DNA of 32,182 bases from an uncultured bacterium (GCA_965612795.1 CBFDTI010000006.1:1-32182), one strand, 5' to 3'; counted from the first letter of the stretch, positions 1-8,970 are shown. The notes: generated by a model not told the origin, from the letters alone. Made by a program: numbers and translations.

Positions 1-3
1 TTT

Positions 4-73
4 AATGATACGGCGACCACCGAGATCTACACCTAAGCCTTCGTCTGCAGCGTCAGATGTGTATAAGAGACAG
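4..73 (+). other. Illumina Nextera adapter contamination (P5 + i5 index + Read1 stub + Tn5 mosaic end)
   Basis: AATGATACGGCGACCACCGAGATCTACAC (4-32), 8-nt index CTAAGCCT (33-40), TCGTCtGCAGCGTC (41-54, one mismatch), AGATGTGTATAAGAGACAG (55-73). Confidence 0.99.
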
Positions 74-552
74 AATATAAGTGGGCTACCGAGTGGATCA
101 TTTATGTAGAAGATTATCGTGCCATCGGGTTTTATCTTTGCCACCCGCTGCCCATTCGCATACACGTATGTAGCTTTGATGTTACCATCCCCATCCGTCT
201 CCTGTATAACATTACCCTGCTCATCGTAGTGGTAGATCGTTGTCCCATTGTGTATTTTCTTAATCCTCAACCCATTTGCATCGTACACAAACTTATACAC
301 ATCATCTGCTGGCGGTGCTGGTGGTGGCACAGGGGGCAACCCCATGATCCCCAATGGTGAGGGAGGTGGTCCCTCTTCCGGTGGAATATATGGATACACT
401 ATCTTGACCAACCTATTCTCGTAATCATAGGTAAAGTTACCGATCTTCGTCGTATCACTTCCCACCGTATGCACCTCCTTCACTTGATTGCCATTCTCAT
501 CATAAGTATAATAAATCCTCCCATACGGCAATATCTTAACGGAGTCAGCCTG
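74..552 (-). pseudogene. Rhs/YD-repeat core fragment (orphan module), 3' end cut by the contig end
   Basis: Not in the ORF track. Manual translation gives VKILPYGRIYYTYDENGNQVKE...FTYDYENRLVKIVYP...FVYDANGLRIKK...TIYHYDEQGNVIQETDGDGNIKATYVYANGQRVAKIKPDGTIIFYINDPLGSPLI. In-frame TAA at 553-555 upstream; no clear start. Confidence 0.88.
192..238. repeat. 47-bp direct repeat, copy 1 (Rhs core, encodes IYHYDEQGNVIQETD)
   Basis: 46/47 identical to 3539-3585. Confidence 0.95.
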
Positions 553-681
553 TTACTGCTTAGAAAGCGATAATTCTTTCCTTCATCCCGTCACTGTGCA
601 TTGGCATCCTTTTGAGTATATAACATTTACGCTTACGTGATCTAAATCAGTTATCGATCATGCCTTTGGACGTAAATTTAA

Positions 682-2703
682 TTATTGGGAAGTTTCCGAA
701 GTTTCTGTTTTTAAGGTATAACACCATATTTGTACATTTTTTATGCTCCTCCTTTCTATTCCATATCTATCCAACTTGGACTCACTTTTTACCCAGTTTA
801 GTTCGTAAATGTTACCATTATCAGTCACTACATAAGGATATATTATGTATGGAAATATTGTCCATGGAGTTTTATCAACTGTATCCCACCACGGTGGGAA
901 AGTAATCTCTGCAATTAATCTATTTATTAACTTATGCTTAGGATTTATCACAGAAATTACTCCGGATGGACCAGTATGATATCCCACATAGATCATTCCC
1001 GTGCTATCAATACCAATAATATAAGCGCAACTACCTTTATGCTTCCATATTTTATTCCCCTTGATATCACGAATTTCAAAAAAACTTTCCCGTGTGAGAT
1101 GCTTTTCAATTGTGTAATACTTCCCGCAAGAATAGAGAAGAGATGCTTTCCCTCTTATGGAAAGCTTACCTGCAAACAGTTTTTTTCTTACATTTCCTAA
1201 TGAGTCCAATTGTAGCAATGTATCACCAGAGTAAAAATCGTAGAGATATAAAAAACCATCTCTATCTAAGGCGATTGCTCCTTGAGGATACGTGGAAAAT
1301 ATCAATTTAACAACCTCCCACGCTGCTGTATCCTTCACTGTTTTCTCTTGTAAAATTCTAATAACAGTGTCTCTGGTTGAAGCATGTTGAAAAAGTGTCC
1401 ATCGGCAGCTTCCTTCTGGTTTTCCTCTTGAGATATATAACGAATATAAATATGTAGAGTTAGCAGCAAGCCCTACCAGAGTGCCTTTTTCCTTTCTAAG
1501 TTTAAATTTACAAAGGAATTTGCCTGTTGGAGTGAACTTTTTAATATATCCAGAGTCTACCAAATACACATTATTGCTCTCATCTACCGTAAATTGGCTA
1601 ACTGAGCGATATCCTCCCTCACGATCTAAAGTTTGAACAATCTGCGAATCAGCCTTACCCACAGTGACTGAAAATAACAATTTTTTCTCATATAATTGAC
1701 CACGATACGTTGGTAAAGGCTCATATTTCCATATAATTAAGCGTCTCCATTTTCTAAATATACTCTTAGGTTCTATTTTTTCTTCTGACAACTCGGGCAC
1801 TGCCACATAGATTCTGCCTTTATTGTCCACCCTGTAAGAGACTGTACTAGAGAGTGTCATTGCAAAATAGTCTCTTTTTATCTTGAAATCTGCTAAAATA
1901 CTTCCTACCGGATCGATTTTCAAACATCTAACATGGTCAAGTAATGTATCACCAAAAATGATGTAAAAGTTTCCTTTCGCATCGATTCCTATAAATTCAA
2001 TAAGAGCACAAGAGTTAACTGGAATTTCTCCTAAATCCAAAATCGGGTCCCCCCATTTGTTTAAAATTTTATCTCCAAATTTTATTCGTCCTCCCGAATG
2101 CCAAATTTTTATATAGTAATTTCCTTTGGTTCTAAGCCATCCTAACCTATCGTACTGTGAAGTCAATTCTTTTCCGTATGCGGAGAATTTTATTACGTAA
2201 TAGTTTGTAAAATCAGCGAATATATTTCCTGCTTCATCTATCTCAATATAATTCCCCCCAAAAACTGTTGGCCATAGGTGTCGAGGGGGTATTTCAAACT
2301 CGTATAGTTTCTCACCTTTGGGACTGTAGCAGATGATTTTATGAAAAAGTGGCAGTGTGTCACTCTGTACGACGACTCGCAAAAAGATCAGACCGTATGG
2401 TGAAATGGCTATATCAAGTACGTTCCTGCTCTCTGAACAATGGAATTGATATGAAAAGTTGCCTGTAGAATCAAATTTTACCATCCTATTGTTAGCTGGG
2501 TCGACAATCCATATATTACCTTCGTTATCCACATTATAGGGTCCGGGAGGCATATACTCTCCTTCTGGCGTCACTGTTCCTAACTTTCCAGGCTCATTTC
2601 CCCACTCATCGAATACGAGAAATTTAATTTCCTTATATTCTTCCGATAAAGCAAAGGGAATGAAAGCAAAATATGATAAACAAAAGATAACAACATACTT
2701 CAT
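682..2703 (-). CDS. Secreted NHL-like tandem beta-propeller protein, candidate Rhs immunity protein
   Basis: Classical signal peptide MKYVVIFCLSYFAFIPFALS; repeated (V/I)DxxGNxY(I/V) blades; ATGA overlap with the upstream Rhs-CT gene; AT-rich. Confidence 0.75.
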   Translation of the reverse strand: MKYVVIFCLSYFAFIPFALSEEYKEIKFLVFDEWGNEPGKLGTVTPEGEYMPPGPYNVDNEGNIWIVDPANNRMVKFDSTGNFSYQFHCSESRNVLDIAISPYGLIFLRVVVQSDTLPLFHKIICYSPKGEKLYEFEIPPRHLWPTVFGGNYIEIDEAGNIFADFTNYYVIKFSAYGKELTSQYDRLGWLRTKGNYYIKIWHSGGRIKFGDKILNKWGDPILDLGEIPVNSCALIEFIGIDAKGNFYIIFGDTLLDHVRCLKIDPVGSILADFKIKRDYFAMTLSSTVSYRVDNKGRIYVAVPELSEEKIEPKSIFRKWRRLIIWKYEPLPTYRGQLYEKKLLFSVTVGKADSQIVQTLDREGGYRSVSQFTVDESNNVYLVDSGYIKKFTPTGKFLCKFKLRKEKGTLVGLAANSTYLYSLYISRGKPEGSCRWTLFQHASTRDTVIRILQEKTVKDTAAWEVVKLIFSTYPQGAIALDRDGFLYLYDFYSGDTLLQLDSLGNVRKKLFAGKLSIRGKASLLYSCGKYYTIEKHLTRESFFEIRDIKGNKIWKHKGSCAYIIGIDSTGMIYVGYHTGPSGVISVINPKHKLINRLIAEITFPPWWDTVDKTPWTIFPYIIYPYVVTDNGNIYELNWVKSESKLDRYGIERRSIKNVQIWCYTLKTETSETSQ

Positions 2704-3626
2704 TGTTCCTTTTCCTCCAATTTCTCCATGATAGTTAAGAATATGGGTGGCCCTTTACCTAACTCACGCCAAAAAGGGCTTCTCCACGGGTCATATAATC
2801 CGGTTTCCCTCACTTTTTGAAGTTTTCCACTTACTGCTCCCACTGTTTTAATATATCCATTTTTGATATCTGTTATAATTTCTACATGTCCACCCAATGG
2901 ATCGGCTACAATTATTAAGTCTCCTTCTTTCGGCTTATCGGTAATTTTTATTCCATACTCTTCTGGATATTTCTGTGCTGCTTGCAGTAATCTATAAGTT
3001 CCCGGTCCAGGTTCTATTCCCGGTGGTGTAGTGGCAAATCCAAATAGTATTATCCATTTTTCAAATAAATATGTACTTACACCCTCTCTATGCATATCTC
3101 GAAGGCATATGCCAACGACAGCACTGCAATCAAGTGCCTTCGGATCTTCACCGTGTATCCAACTCAATCCAGGATGTCCATAAGGCTTACCTATATATTT
3201 TCTTGCATACTCTATAAATTGCTTCGCATGTTCTGGTTCTTCCCATTTCCCTTCAACATCGATATACTTTAATGGGTTATTAAAACAATACGTATAAGGG
3301 TTGAGTCCCTGTGGATTCTTCCGATTTAACGCTAACTTTGGATGGGTAGAGTAAAGCCTCGGCTCCGGTGTTATCCATCTACCTAACCTCGGATTATAAT
3401 ACCTTGCACCGAAGTAGTAAAGTCCATTCTCATCCTTTTCCTTACCAGTAAATAAGTAGCGGTTTGGCTCTGTCCCCCACTGTGCCTCAAGGTTGCCGAA
3501 TGGGTCGAACCTGTATCGCTTCACGATGTTGCCCTCCTCATCCGTCTCCTGTATCACATTACCCTGCTCATCGTAGTGGTAGATCACTTCAAGTTTAGTT
3601 GATAACACCCTACTCAACCTTCGCAT
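2700..3626 (-). CDS. Truncated Rhs-associated core with C-terminal NlpC/P60-like putative toxin domain; possibly a pseudogene or orphan module
   Basis: YRFDPFG...YLFTGKEKDENGLYYFGARYYNPRLGRW...LNPYTYCFNNPLKYIDVEG, then YARKYIGKPY...LDCS...GDLII...GHVEI. Start uncertain because there is no good SD. Confidence 0.85.
   Translation of the reverse strand: MRRLSRVLSTKLEVIYHYDEQGNVIQETDEEGNIVKRYRFDPFGNLEAQWGTEPNRYLFTGKEKDENGLYYFGARYYNPRLGRWITPEPRLYSTHPKLALNRKNPQGLNPYTYCFNNPLKYIDVEGKWEEPEHAKQFIEYARKYIGKPYGHPGLSWIHGEDPKALDCSAVVGICLRDMHREGVSTYLFEKWIILFGFATTPPGIEPGPGTYRLLQAAQKYPEEYGIKITDKPKEGDLIIVADPLGGHVEIITDIKNGYIKTVGAVSGKLQKVRETGLYDPWRSPFWRELGKGPPIFLTIMEKLEEKEQ
3539..3585. repeat. 47-bp direct repeat, copy 2
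   Basis: 46/47 identical to 192-238. Confidence 0.95.
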
Positions 3627-3702
3627 CTTCCGTCATGTATACAGTGGGATTTATGGTGGGTTGTAAATTTAAAAGTACAAGGCTCAAGAAAGAAGCTACC
3701 AT
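3610..3702 (-). pseudogene. 30-aa ORF MVASFLSLVLLNLQPTINPTVYMTEDAKVE, probable N-terminal remnant of a deleted secreted gene (possibly the parental Rhs)
   Basis: AAGGAGG SD just before ATG 3702; hydrophobic N-terminus; promoter-like site upstream; TAG at 3610-3612 close to the Rhs junction. Confidence 0.5.
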
Positions 3703-3727
3703 GTAACCTCCTTCTTAAGATTAAATC

Positions 3728-3755
3728 AGGATACTCCATCACCACATCCAGTCAA
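3728..3755 (-). promoter_or_regulatory. Putative promoter of the Rhs locus
   Basis: TTGACT-N16-TATCCT upstream of the SD and ATG 3702. Confidence 0.5.
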
Positions 3756-3775
3756 CCACCTTCATCTCGCATCAC

Positions 3776-3802
3776 TTGACTTTCGGCAAAACCCCTTATT
3801 TA
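3776..3802 (+). promoter_or_regulatory. Putative promoter of OMP-mrp
   Basis: TTGACT-N15-TATTTA, then AAGGAG SD. Confidence 0.5.
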
Positions 3803-3821
3803 AAGTGGAAAAGGAGCTGAC

Positions 3822-4277
3822 ATGAGAACCTTTGCAGTCATTATCCTCTGCTTGATGGCGAGTATCACCGCATATGCAGGTATCATAAGCCCTGCAGTCA
3901 AGGGTGGTATCAGCTACAACTGGGTTGACGACTCCTTACAGACCTGGGCTTATGTAGGGGCGGGGCTCTCCATCTCACCCCCTCTTATGCCTGTAGGGTT
4001 TTATGGTGATGCTGGGTTGAGCTTTAAAGGTAAAGACCAAGACATCCGCCTAATAGCTGGTGTACACCTACGTGCGATCCCTATGTTTAAGATAGGTGTA
4101 GGTGGTGGCTTACACTCACTTAAGCTTGCCGATACAACCAGCACCGCCATCGCACTAAACGGTGATGCCATATTCGCACCACCCATCATGCCAGTGTTTG
4201 TCGAGCTCGACATCGACTACGTATTCCGTGCCACCCACAAACTACAGCTGTTATTGTTAGCTGGCTATCGGTTCTAA
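3822..4277 (+). CDS. Small outer-membrane beta-barrel protein
   Basis: Signal peptide ending AYA, amphipathic beta-strands, C-terminal GYRF, AAGGAG SD. Confidence 0.7.
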   Translation: MRTFAVIILCLMASITAYAGIISPAVKGGISYNWVDDSLQTWAYVGAGLSISPPLMPVGFYGDAGLSFKGKDQDIRLIAGVHLRAIPMFKIGVGGGLHSLKLADTTSTAIALNGDAIFAPPIMPVFVELDIDYVFRATHKLQLLLLAGYRF

Positions 4278-4297
4278 CGATAGACAGCATATCAGGT

Positions 4298-5101
4298 ATG
4301 CCACCCCCTATGGTAAACAAGATCGCCCCCAATAGCGTATTGGTATTCAGTGGCAAAGGCGGTGTCGGCAAGAGTACCATCGCTGCCAACATAGCGCTCG
4401 GGCTTACCTTACGTGGTAGAGATGTAGGTCTCCTGGATGTAGACATACACGGGCCTAACCTACCCAAAATCCTAGGCGTAGAAGATAAACACCTATCTGT
4501 CGACGAACACAACAAAATACACCCTGTAATGGTGACGCCCAAGCTCAAACTTATCTCCATCGCGTATATGTTACCCGACCCTTCCACCCCCATAATCTGG
4601 CGTGGCCCTATGAAACACAACGCCATCCGTCAGCTACTTGAACAGGTGGATTGGGGTAAACTCGACTGGTTAATAATCGATTCACCTCCCGGCACGGGTG
4701 ATGAACCCTTATCAGTAGCACAATTGTTGCCCGCAACCTCTGCAATCGTTGTCACCACACCACAAGAACTTTCGCTACTCGATTGCCGTAAAGCTGTAAA
4801 TTTTGCCAAACGGCTCAACCTCAAGCTGTTAGGTGTTATAGAGAACATGAGCACCTTGATATGTCCACATTGTGGTAAGCCTATAGATATATTCAGGAGA
4901 GGTGGTGGCACCCGCATATCAACTGAAATGGGCATCCCACTACTGGGTAGCATACCGATGGATATCAAAATAGTCGAGGCTTCGGATTACGGTAAACCAT
5001 TCGTAATCGAGTATCCTGACTCACCTGCCACCCAAGCAATAATGAATGTAGTTGACAAAATGCTACAACTGGAGGTAGCTCCTACCCCCAAGAAAGAGTA
5101 G
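4298..5101 (+). CDS. mrp: Mrp/NBP35 (ApbC) Fe-S cluster carrier ATPase
   Basis: SGKGGVGKST, DVDIHGP, IIWRGPM, DSPPGTGD, GVIENMS, CPHC. Confidence 0.95.
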   Translation: MPPPMVNKIAPNSVLVFSGKGGVGKSTIAANIALGLTLRGRDVGLLDVDIHGPNLPKILGVEDKHLSVDEHNKIHPVMVTPKLKLISIAYMLPDPSTPIIWRGPMKHNAIRQLLEQVDWGKLDWLIIDSPPGTGDEPLSVAQLLPATSAIVVTTPQELSLLDCRKAVNFAKRLNLKLLGVIENMSTLICPHCGKPIDIFRRGGGTRISTEMGIPLLGSIPMDIKIVEASDYGKPFVIEYPDSPATQAIMNVVDKMLQLEVAPTPKKE

Positions 5102-5728
5102 CTACTTCACCACCCTATTCTTCAGCCGAGCTTCAAGGTACCCAAAAAAGAACCGTACCTTCAACAAAAATGGTATCATATCCCTATCATAATAGATACG
5201 CATACCTTCTTTCGCAAATATCTTTAGCTCCTCAGTATGTGGTGCCACCTCCCACACATCACCCACCTTACGTATATCCACCGGCACATCTATCGTCTTC
5301 TTGTTCGAATGCACCAACACCCTTATGGTAGTATCGTCACCCAAATCAAGTGTACGCAAAAAGTATATCAACGATATAATCGTATGTACATCATGTGGCA
5401 CCTTCACCGTATCACCATCGTATATGGCGAGTAATGATTCACTTGCAGGGACAAACCTCGCCCTCGTACGGCGTCGATAATTACCTTCGTGTACACTATC
5501 CTCGTAGTACATAACACGGAAGCTGGTATCCGTCAACACCTCATACATATCCGCCACTTTATAGAACCAACTAACTATACCCGTAGTCTGCTGTATCTCA
5601 CAGAACCGCAAGGTATCACCCATCTTCTCATACTCCAACTTTATATACCCCGCCTTTATGGGGCCAAAATACGCATCATACTCCAACACCTCTTGTGTAA
5701 ACGGTAACACAACCAGCCACACCAGCAA
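5102..5728 (-). CDS. DUF3108-like exported protein
   Basis: EVLEYDAYFGPIKAG, TTGIVSWFYKVAD, ISLIYFLR pattern; TTG start with GGAGG upstream. Confidence 0.65.
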   Translation of the reverse strand: MLVWLVVLPFTQEVLEYDAYFGPIKAGYIKLEYEKMGDTLRFCEIQQTTGIVSWFYKVADMYEVLTDTSFRVMYYEDSVHEGNYRRRTRARFVPASESLLAIYDGDTVKVPHDVHTIISLIYFLRTLDLGDDTTIRVLVHSNKKTIDVPVDIRKVGDVWEVAPHTEELKIFAKEGMRIYYDRDMIPFLLKVRFFFGYLEARLKNRVVK

Positions 5729-5730
5729 TA

Positions 5731-6456
5731 TCAGTTATCCTCCAGATACTTTGCCAACCACTTAAACTTACTACGTATAAGGTTAGCCTCCAGCTCCCAC
5801 AACTGCGTATCACTACGTACCTGTGGCCCTGTCAGCAGCTTATCTATCGGGTATTTAGATATACGTTCGAGTATACCTTTCACCATAGGTTTGTATACCT
5901 CAGTATCGAGCCCCAACAACCTCCATGCACGTTCAACATCACCCATAAGTGATAACATCCCTTTAACCAATGCCACCAGCACCGCATGGTAATCAGGCTT
6001 CACTGACGACTTCACCACCATATACCTACCATCGAGCAACCCCACTAACTTCTTACCAAACTCAACCGCCTCACCCTCTATAACCCAGTATATTCCTTGC
6101 AACTCCTCAGGTGCCAGCGCAAACGGAAACGAATAGACTGGATGTACCGCCACAGATCGCCCATGCTCCAGTATACTTGCGGGATATGCACCACTCGTAT
6201 GTGCAAGCACAAGATGTTTGGGTAACTTACCCAACTTCTGTCGTACATCCCTTATCACATCATCCGGTACCGTAAGGATTACAGCGTCTGCTGATTTAAC
6301 CTGCTCATAAGTGGCTACCCTCCCCCCTATCTCCTCGGCTAACCCATGTGCTTTGTCACGATCCCTTGATACCAAAAGAAGATCCACCCCCTTTCGGGCT
6401 AACCCCTTTGCAACCGTCACCCCTACATTCCCCAACCCCACTATAGCGATTATCAT
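5731..6456 (-). CDS. Rossmann-like / DUF2520 oxidoreductase
   Basis: GLGNVG, LTVPDD, HTSGA, HPVYSF, YHA, LTGPxxR. Confidence 0.85.
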   Translation of the reverse strand: MIIAIVGLGNVGVTVAKGLARKGVDLLLVSRDRDKAHGLAEEIGGRVATYEQVKSADAVILTVPDDVIRDVRQKLGKLPKHLVLAHTSGAYPASILEHGRSVAVHPVYSFPFALAPEELQGIYWVIEGEAVEFGKKLVGLLDGRYMVVKSSVKPDYHAVLVALVKGMLSLMGDVERAWRLLGLDTEVYKPMVKGILERISKYPIDKLLTGPQVRSDTQLWELEANLIRSKFKWLAKYLEDN

Positions 6457-7985
6457 CTAATCCAATACTTGCGGTCGAGCGTCCGATATTGGATTGCTTC
6501 ACCAACGTGTTCGGGTCGAATCCTATCACTGCCTTCCAAGTCCGCTATCGTTCTTGCCACCTTGATTATCCTCGTGTATGCACGTGCAGAGAACCCAAAC
6601 TGCTCTATCGCAGTACGTAACAAACCTTCCGCTGTACTATCGAGCTCACAATACCTCTCCAGTAGCTTACCCGATAGCTGTGCATTCGAGTATATGCCAA
6701 CATCTTTGTAGCGCTCAAGTTGCCGTCGCCTCGCCTCTGTCACACGTTCACGTATTTTGGACGACGGTTCACCTACACTTTTACTACGTAGCTCATCGAA
6801 TGTAAGTGCTGGCACCTCAATATGTATATCGATACGATCAAGTAGCGGGCCCGATATCTTCGACACATATCGCTGTATAGCTGCAGGCGTACACGTACAG
6901 TTATGCCGTGGATCACCAAAGTACCCACACGGACATGGGTTCATAGCAGCCACCAACATAAATCTTGCCGGAAACGTCACCCTCATAGTTGCACGTGATA
7001 TAGTAACCTCACCATCCTCCATCGGCTGTCGTAACGCCTCCAACACGCGGCGGTTGAACTCAGGAAACTCATCCAAAAACAACACCCCATTATGGGCGAG
7101 GCTCACCTCACCCGGTGTTGGGAAGTGCCCACCCCCTATAAGTCCCGCATCCGATATCGTATGATGTGGCGCCCTAAACGGGCGCACCCCCACCAGCGCC
7201 TGCTCTCTACCCAACAAACCCGCCACACTATGTACCTTAGTGGTTTCAAGTGCCTCCTCCAAGCTAAGTGGTGGCAATATTGTCGGCAACCGCTTAGCGA
7301 GCATCGTCTTACCCGCACCAGGTGGCCCAATCATCAACACATTATGTCCACCAGCAGCCGCTATCTCGAGTGCACGTTTGGCACCCTCCTGCCCCCTAAC
7401 GTCCTGGAAATCGACATCATACACACGTGCACGCTCCCATATCGAATCGATATCCATGCTATGTGGTTGTATGTCCAGCACACCGTTAAGAAACGATACC
7501 GCCTCCAACAGACTATCAACCGGATATACGGTTACGCCCTTCACGATAGCTGCCTCGTTAGCATTATCACGTGGTACAATAAACTTATCAAACCCCTTCG
7601 AATGTGCCGATATTGTAACCGGTAACACACCACGTACACCACGTACTCTGCCGTCAAGTGATAGCTCACCCAATACCACAAACTCATCCAGATTGGCATT
7701 TATCACACCAGCCGCTTTCAAGATACCCAATGCTATAGGTAGGTCAAACGCCGACCCTTCCTTACGTATATCGGCGGGTGCAAGGTTTATCGTTATCTTG
7801 CCGATTGGAAAATCCAGTCCACTGTTTTTGATAGCCATCTCTACACGGTTACGTGACTCTTTTATAGCGCTGTCGGGTAACCCAACCGTAGAAAAAGAAG
7901 GTAACCCTTTGGATATATCAACTTCCACATTAACAATGTATCCCTCAATCCCTACAACAGTGCTTGAATTCACACGCGCTATCAT
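6453..7985 (-). CDS. comM: YifB/ComM Mg-chelatase-like AAA+ ATPase
   Basis: VGLPD, INLAPAD, GPPGAGKT, RAPHH, GEVSLAHNGVLFLDE, NPCPCG, SGPLLDRID. Confidence 0.96.
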   Translation of the reverse strand: MIARVNSSTVVGIEGYIVNVEVDISKGLPSFSTVGLPDSAIKESRNRVEMAIKNSGLDFPIGKITINLAPADIRKEGSAFDLPIALGILKAAGVINANLDEFVVLGELSLDGRVRGVRGVLPVTISAHSKGFDKFIVPRDNANEAAIVKGVTVYPVDSLLEAVSFLNGVLDIQPHSMDIDSIWERARVYDVDFQDVRGQEGAKRALEIAAAGGHNVLMIGPPGAGKTMLAKRLPTILPPLSLEEALETTKVHSVAGLLGREQALVGVRPFRAPHHTISDAGLIGGGHFPTPGEVSLAHNGVLFLDEFPEFNRRVLEALRQPMEDGEVTISRATMRVTFPARFMLVAAMNPCPCGYFGDPRHNCTCTPAAIQRYVSKISGPLLDRIDIHIEVPALTFDELRSKSVGEPSSKIRERVTEARRRQLERYKDVGIYSNAQLSGKLLERYCELDSTAEGLLRTAIEQFGFSARAYTRIIKVARTIADLEGSDRIRPEHVGEAIQYRTLDRKYWIR

Positions 7986-8359
7986 CCACCTACACGGAAT
8001 GCATCCACAATATGCTCGATAGATGGGTTACCATCCTTTGGCCAGCTCACCCCTATAACGTCAAACCTTACGTAAGTCTTATCCCACAGATTATGTTCTA
8101 CTAGATACTGTTTTGCCATCTTTATCAGTTGTTGCTTCTTACGTGTGGTGATACTTTCAAAGGGGTGCCCAAACTGCTGCTCACGTCTTGTCTTTACTTC
8201 GATAAAAACTATCACACCATCCTTGTGGCAGACGATGTCCAGCTCACCGCGTTTCTTGCGGTAGTTACGTGACAGTATTTCGTAACCATTAAGCTGCAAA
8301 TAGCGGAGGGCGACGAGTTCACCCTCATCCCCGACTGTATAAAGGGATGGCTCCGCCAT
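7982..8359 (-). CDS. yraN: YraN family PD-(D/E)XK nuclease-like protein
   Basis: GE...YL...[16 protein letters not shown]....VFIEVKTR, RFDVI, HIVDAF. Confidence 0.95.
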   Translation of the reverse strand: MAEPSLYTVGDEGELVALRYLQLNGYEILSRNYRKKRGELDIVCHKDGVIVFIEVKTRREQQFGHPFESITTRKKQQLIKMAKQYLVEHNLWDKTYVRFDVIGVSWPKDGNPSIEHIVDAFRVGG

Positions 8360-8970
8360 TTTAACACCCCCTCTATTGTCAAAACCTTTCTTACTGGTTT
8401 ATAGTTAACCCTATAAATAGGTAACGGCCCCAACTGTAACAACTTATTGATATGCTCACGTGTGGGGTAACCTTTATGTTGTGCAAACCCATAATCCGGG
8501 AAAAATATATCATAGATTTCCATCACCCTATCACGTATAACTTTTGCCACTATAGAAGCGGCAGCTATATTAAGTGACTTCGCATCACCTTTCACTATAC
8601 CCTGTTGTGGAAACGGTAACTCATACGGTATTTCGTAACCATCCACCAGCAACATGTTAGGCTTTACCTTTAACTTTTTTATTGCACGTAACATTGCGAG
8701 ATAGCTCGCATACCTGATGTTGAAACGTGCCACCTCCTCCGGTGACGCCCATCCATAACACCAATCCACAGCATGCTGTTTGATAGCCTGGAACAGTGAC
8801 TCACGTGCAGTAGGGGTTAGTGTCTTGCTATCCCTAACTTTAATTTCACAGAACGGCGGCAGTATCACCACCGCAGCAACTACTGGCCCGGCCAGCGGTC
8901 CACAGCCTGCTTCATCCACACCTGCAACTAACAGGTCATCCTTCCATAGTTGTAACTCGACAGCCGTCAT
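8212..8970 (-). CDS. rnhB: Ribonuclease HII (C-terminus extends 148 nt into yraN)
   Basis: [39 protein letters not shown]. Confidence 0.95.
   Translation of the reverse strand: MTAVELQLWKDDLLVAGVDEAGCGPLAGPVVAAVVILPPFCEIKVRDSKTLTPTARESLFQAIKQHAVDWCYGWASPEEVARFNIRYASYLAMLRAIKKLKVKPNMLLVDGYEIPYELPFPQQGIVKGDAKSLNIAAASIVAKVIRDRVMEIYDIFFPDYGFAQHKGYPTREHINKLLQLGPLPIYRVNYKPVRKVLTIEGVLKWRSHPFIQSGMRVNSSPSAICSLMVTKYCHVTTARNAVSWTSSATRMV

Noticed and set aside
55..73. Tn5 end suggesting a transposon
   Set aside because: It is the synthetic mosaic end within the library adapter; no transposase is present.
292..303. 12-nt match to the mosaic end (GATGTGTATAAG on the minus strand)
   Set aside because: It lies in frame within Rhs coding sequence (DVYK) and is probably coincidental.
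660..1310. Short plus-strand ORFs 660-905, 934-1200 and 1110-1310
   Set aside because: They are antisense to the 673-aa gene and have no coding features.
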